Virus record (IMG/VR): IMGVR_UViG_2597490325_000001
Span: 32,001-96,000 of that record
DNA: 64,000 nt
Source: a virus
Lineage: Duplodnaviria; Caudoviricetes
Strand: one strand, 5' to 3'
Position numbers and translations under genes: made by a program. The notes beneath the pieces are model-generated. The model ran no database searches and was not told where the DNA came from. It was given only the letters and a program-made list of their open reading frames with translations. Positions 59,989 to 64,000 of this stretch are shown in pieces. Numbering within the stretch: position 1 is the first letter of the stretch; each line of letters opens with the position of its first letter.

Positions 59989-60127
59989 CATTATTCAACG
60001 ACTATTTGTAGAAATCAAGCGATTTCGAAATGCGGAACATAGAAAAAATCTATGAAGATATAGTCTAAACTTATAGGAAACTATAAGCCCTATGGTAACT
60101 ATTTAGCGAATAGTTATAAATGTAAAG

Positions 60128-61543
60128 CGTGGTATGTCAATCCCCTTCCTATGGGAAGATGAGTTAGCATTCTTAAAATATAATAAAACTATCTTTGAAG
60201 CAGCAACTCCGGCAGTAAACCGTATATCGGATATTGCAGAAGCTAATGGTGCTCCACATGCTAAAATTATTTCCACTACCCCTAATAACTTAGACTCACC
60301 AGCTGGTGCTTATTGTAAAAGTACTATTGATAGCGCCTGTGTATTTATTGAAGAAATGTATGATTGGTCTCGTGAAGAAGTATTAGCCTATATTCACGAT
60401 AACTCAATAAACGACTTCTTATATATTAAATATACGTGGAAACAACTTGGTTACAGTGATGATTGGTATGAGAAAGAATGTCGTTCTCTGCAGTTTAACT
60501 GGTTAACCATCAACCGTGAAATCAACTTAGTATGGACTAAATCTACTGATAACTCTGTATTTAACGAAGAACAGTTAATGACTATATCTAAACTTCTTAA
60601 GAATGAGTCAGAAAACTTATTAATCGAAGTAACCCGTTATGATGCAGTAGTAGAAGAAGTAGTTAAGAATACTCTTAAAGTTGAATGTTTTGATGAAATG
60701 AATCCTGATAAATGTTACTTTATAGGAGTGGACGTTGCAGGTGGTCTTGATCAAGATAACTCTACATTTGTAATGACTGACCCTACAGATAATTACAGAC
60801 CAGTAGCATTCTTCAAAAACCCTAAAATTGATACTACTTTGTATTCAAGATTTTTGACTAAGTTTATCAAAGAGTATTTCCCTAAATCAATTCTCTTTAT
60901 AGAAAATAACTCATACGGTCGTGGTTTAATCACTAACTTACTTGATACTATTCCTAAAAATATTTATTATGACTATAGTTTAACTGATAAAAACAAGACT
61001 GCTAGAAACCCTGCTACTAAAACAGATAATATCCGTTGGGGGATAAACACTAACGAAACTACCCGTCAGTTAATGATGGATGTATTAGTTGAATTAGTAA
61101 ATGATACCCCACAGATACTAGCCTATCCAGACCTATATGATGATCTACGTGGTTTAATTTATAATAAACGTGGTAAGATTGAGCATGAGCAAGGTATGCA
61201 TGATGATACCTTAATGGCCTATTTAGTATTACGTTATGCGGTTCAGTATGGTAACAACATTACTAAATTCTTGAGAGAAATTCGAGAAGGTAAAGTAAAT
61301 AATGGAGTTACTAAACTTAAGAACGTAGTGAATAATAATATAGATGACCCTGCAGTAGCAAAAGGTGCAAATATCAATATTTTAGATGTAGCAACTATGG
61401 TTTCTAACGGGATGAGTGTAGAAGAAGCTATGGCTATTATAACTGGTAAAGTCGATAAAGGCGGTACTAAGATCAATAATGCTGCAGTAAATACTATGCT
61501 AAATAAAAATTTAAATTATAATTCAAAATTAAAAGGTAAATAG
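60128..61543 (+). CDS. terL: Terminase large subunit, exon 2
   Basis: RG..WEDELAF (Walker B), ISTTP, nuclease motifs IGVDVAGG..D, IENNSYG and HDDTLMAY; spliced product is 681 aa. Confidence 0.9.
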   Translation, partial: RGMSIPFLWEDELAFLKYNKTIFEAATPAVNRISDIAEANGAPHAKIISTTPNNLDSPAGAYCKSTIDSACVFIEEMYDWSREEVLAYIHDNSINDFLYIKYTWKQLGYSDDWYEKECRSLQFNWLTINREINLVWTKSTDNSVFNEEQLMTISKLLKNESENLLIEVTRYDAVVEEVVKNTLKVECFDEMNPDKCYFIGVDVAGGLDQDNSTFVMTDPTDNYRPVAFFKNPKIDTTLYSRFLTKFIKEYFPKSILFIENNSYGRGLITNLLDTIPKNIYYDYSLTDKNKTARNPATKTDNIRWGINTNETTRQLMMDVLVELVNDTPQILAYPDLYDDLRGLIYNKRGKIEHEQGMHDDTLMAYLVLRYAVQYGNNITKFLREIREGKVNNGVTKLKNVVNNNIDDPAVAKGANINILDVATMVSNGMSVEEAMAIITGKVDKGGTKINNAAVNTMLNKNLNYNSKLKGK

Positions 61544-61544
61544 T

Positions 61545-62276
61545 ATGGAATTGGATTTTGTAAGAGAATCGTATTCTACATTAGATGGAGCTTTAGAAGA
61601 TTTCTTATCTAGTAAAGCTGATTTATTTAGTTCCGCTCCAAGGAATGATTTCCTTGAAGGATTAATGTCTAGAATTGATTCAGCTAAACTTTCTGAAGAT
61701 CTTGATTCAGATGATAAAGATGAATTACAAGGTTTAGAAAGTGCATTATACCATAAAATCATTTCTCACTTCAGAAAGGATTATTCTATTAATGAAGAAG
61801 AAATTGCTAATATTTTTGAGAATGCTCAAATTACCAGATTCTATATTCAGAAGATTTATGATCTTTTTTATACTGGTAAACGAGAAATTCTTATTAATTT
61901 CCTAGCTAACTTTATTTTTGATAATAAAGGTGATTTTGCTAAGCAATATAAAGCTCAAGTAAGTAAAAAAGATTATGAATATTACTCTCTTCGTAAAGAT
62001 CTTTCATTGTCTAAACCTGAGTATTATTGTATTATCATTAAAGCTGTAGAAATTGTCAATGATATTTTGGAAGATACCGAGAGTTTTGACTTTAAAGAAG
62101 TACTCCTTGGTAGTGATTTAGAAGTTGAAGATGTAGAAACCGTCTATTCGTTATTTGATAGCAGTTCTGATAACTTCTCTAGATTTATCGATACTTTGAT
62201 TGGAAGTATTAACCAAGACCGAATTTCTCTAGAAGTTAAAGATAAATTAGGTAATATGCTTAAAAATGCTAAGTAA
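61545..62276 (+). CDS. Hypothetical protein
   Basis: 243-aa ORF. Confidence 0.7.
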   Translation: MELDFVRESYSTLDGALEDFLSSKADLFSSAPRNDFLEGLMSRIDSAKLSEDLDSDDKDELQGLESALYHKIISHFRKDYSINEEEIANIFENAQITRFYIQKIYDLFYTGKREILINFLANFIFDNKGDFAKQYKAQVSKKDYEYYSLRKDLSLSKPEYYCIIIKAVEIVNDILEDTESFDFKEVLLGSDLEVEDVETVYSLFDSSSDNFSRFIDTLIGSINQDRISLEVKDKLGNMLKNAK

Positions 62277-62312
62277 ATAACAAAAAGTTAGATCACACAA
62301 GGATACCGAATA

Positions 62313-63119
62313 ATGTCTAATGTACCTACTCAAGAACAAATCGCTGGTTCAGTTAATGCTGTAGAACAGAAAGTGAATGATATCCCTTCTCTGGACAGTA
62401 ATATGCAAGAAGCAGCTGATGAAGTAACTAAATTAGGTAAAGAGTATACCGCTACAATTGCAAATGCAGCGCGTCATACTGCTGAAATTCTGTCAGAGTA
62501 TATTGCTTCTCTTCGTAAAGAAGCTACGAATGCTATTAATGTACTCACTGCAAAAAATGCTGAAGAAGGTTTAACTGATGCTGAATCTATGGATTTAGGT
62601 GCTGCTATTATTACTAAGCAGAACATTCTAGAATTGGATACTCAGCAACCTCTTTATCTTTTTGCCGCTCAGAATAAAGTTAGTATTGAAATCGCTAGTT
62701 GTAAACCGCGAGTACTACAAGCGTACGAAGTATTTAAACATTACTGCCGTACACGAAAACTGCGTCATGCCGACATGATGGTAGCTTTTGATATGGTAGA
62801 TAAAGATTCCGAAGAATTCCATAAGTCTAAAATGGTATTTGCTTATTATGTCTTTAAGATGTTTGAGCAGAATAAAAAGACTATGGATAATCGTATTCTT
62901 TATATGCATCTTACCACTCAGGTATTACTGACTGCATTTGCTACTAATGCATCAACTCAATTCATCGAGAAGTTTGTCAAAACTATCTATCCAGAAGTAT
63001 TTACTGAAGAAATTTTCAATAAAGCTATGGATACTACTGCATTGGACTCAGAGGGAGAACTCTCTGATAAGGTTGAAGTAGATGAAGGTGAAGCTGATTC
63101 ATCTTATGTAGCCCAGTAA
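62313..63119 (+). CDS. Hypothetical late protein
   Basis: 268 aa, late promoter at 62279, AAGGA RBS. Confidence 0.72.
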   Translation: MSNVPTQEQIAGSVNAVEQKVNDIPSLDSNMQEAADEVTKLGKEYTATIANAARHTAEILSEYIASLRKEATNAINVLTAKNAEEGLTDAESMDLGAAIITKQNILELDTQQPLYLFAAQNKVSIEIASCKPRVLQAYEVFKHYCRTRKLRHADMMVAFDMVDKDSEEFHKSKMVFAYYVFKMFEQNKKTMDNRILYMHLTTQVLLTAFATNASTQFIEKFVKTIYPEVFTEEIFNKAMDTTALDSEGELSDKVEVDEGEADSSYVAQ

Positions 63120-63190
63120 AAATTAATTCCCCTATAGTCTGAACAAGGCTATAGGGGATTAACTCTTATTTTTTATATAGGAATTCTAAA

Positions 63191-63889
63191 ATGGCTTCAA
63201 AAAAAGTAGAGAAATATATAGTTAAGAAAGGTACTTCTTTAGTCTGTAAACAGGATGTAAAGATTATCATACCTAAAACTAACTTTGATAACAATCTATC
63301 TGAATTTAAAGATTCTCAGATTATAACTCAAGGTTTATTTAAAATGAGTTCACCGGATGGTAAAGATCAGTTTGAAGTTAAATTACCATTGAGCGTTAAA
63401 CTTAATTTTTACGATATGACCAGTGATAGTGATAACTTCTATTTCCCATATAAAGAAAATGACGTTATTATCGAAGACATGGTTTTCATCCCAAACGTTA
63501 AGCAAGCTTCAGCTTTCCTTAATCTTTTAACTGCTGGTAAGATCAATACTAATTCATTTACTGATACAGTAGATGTATTCAAAAAGTCAATGGCTTATAA
63601 TAAGGTTAATATTAACGTACCTTCTGAACTAGTTGAATGTATGATTGCTGAAATGGCTCGTTATAAGAGTGATACAACTATTCCATTCAGAATAGCCTAT
63701 GGTACTATTAAAGGTGTATCTGAAAGTGATTATACAATGTTTAACTATAAAGACATTGCACGTATGACATCCGTATTTGGTGCTGTATCATTTGAAGACA
63801 TCAAAAAATCTATGCAGTCTGCTGTTTTCATGACACGAACCAATCAGGATCAGACTATCACCCCTACTGAGTCTGTACTCAAGTATTAA
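63191..63889 (+). CDS. Possible small RNAP subunit matching the extreme beta-prime C-terminus
   Basis: ECMIAEMAR..SVFGAVSFEDIKKSM resembles beta-prime SF.SAASFQET and the C-terminus of the 32634-34445 protein. Confidence 0.5.
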   Translation: MASKKVEKYIVKKGTSLVCKQDVKIIIPKTNFDNNLSEFKDSQIITQGLFKMSSPDGKDQFEVKLPLSVKLNFYDMTSDSDNFYFPYKENDVIIEDMVFIPNVKQASAFLNLLTAGKINTNSFTDTVDVFKKSMAYNKVNINVPSELVECMIAEMARYKSDTTIPFRIAYGTIKGVSESDYTMFNYKDIARMTSVFGAVSFEDIKKSMQSAVFMTRTNQDQTITPTESVLKY

Positions 63890-64000
63890 AAATAATAAAA
63901 GCCATCCTGTTTCTGAGTAACATAAAAATAGAATGTACTCATATGAAATATATTAGTATATAGTATTTCATTCAAGTAGTATTTCTTTTATAAAGGAAAT

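Larger units (their letters stand above)
58175..60127 (+). mobile_element. Group I intron (IA2-like), 1953 nt, in terL
   Basis: P1 ACAGGGU/GCUCUGU with U-G at the splice site; P3 TTCCGT/GCGGAA; Q AACCAGCAG; R TTCAACGACTA; S AAGATATAGTCT; P8; P9 with GAAA loop; terminal G60127. Splicing restores the in-frame sequence DKQG-RGMSIP. Confidence 0.92.
414..63158. repeat. Family of sequence-conserved ~30-nt hairpins/terminators CCC(T)ATATCC..GGATAT(A)GGG (span of copies)
   Basis: Copies at about 414-443, 926-955, 21015-21044, 22071-22100, 25404-25433, 36133-36162, 37993-38022, 40748-40776, 51119-51148 and 54477-54505; related at 19006-19037, 47771-47800 and 63128-63158. All lie directly after stop codons or a tRNA. 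Confidence 0.8.
1076..63931. promoter_or_regulatory. Dispersed putative late promoter motif AACA-N6-TAG (span of copies)
   Basis: Plus strand: 4869, 13168, 14985, 21520, 35479, 37459, 39138, 40051, 42195, 47547, 47836, 49205, 50627, 52066, 52830, 62279, 63919. Minus strand: 1076-1088, 2671-2683, 4851-4863, 21472-21484, 29667-29679, 30015-30027. Precedes capsid, protease and other structural genes; matches the AR9 late promoter consensus. Confidence 0.85.

Noticed and set aside
60134-61543. Treating the 469-aa ORF as an independent gene and terL as naturally split
   Set aside because: It lacks a convincing RBS, and the group I intron boundaries join it in frame to 57545-58174
1-64000. CRISPR array, IS transposase or rRNA
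   Set aside because: No regularly spaced direct repeats, transposase motifs or rRNA sequence seen; the recurring hairpins are dispersed, not arrayed

Overview
AT-rich 64-kb segment of a jumbo tailed phage. It most resembles the AR9/PBS1/phiR1-37 group, which encode multisubunit RNA polymerases; that assignment is an inference. Structural genes: T4 gp21-like prohead protease, 2553-aa tape measure protein with a lytic transglycosylase domain, major capsid protein, PAAR spike tip and large terminase. Other genes: RNAP beta and beta-prime fragments, RusA, an SF2 helicase, two HU-like proteins, a ClpP-like protease, dCMP deaminase, a HAM1 pyrophosphatase, an HNH nuclease and five tRNAs. Two phage promoter motifs recur: putative early ATATATTAT-N5-TGA and putative late AACA-N6-TAG. 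Most unusual: (1) the terminase is split by a 1953-nt group I intron whose P6 loop carries a complete transcription unit (own promoter, 526-aa membrane-anchored protein with no nuclease motif, and a terminator that copies the intron's P1 helix); (2) a stand-alone 690-aa Abi/UG-like reverse transcriptase behind a putative early promoter; (3) a ~1.4-kb island of uncharacterised structured RNAs around tRNA-Asn, plus other promoter- and terminator-bounded sRNA candidates; (4) a 51-aa ORF resembling the redox-active C-terminal tail of ribonucleotide reductase alpha. All calls come from reading motifs by eye; no database search was run.
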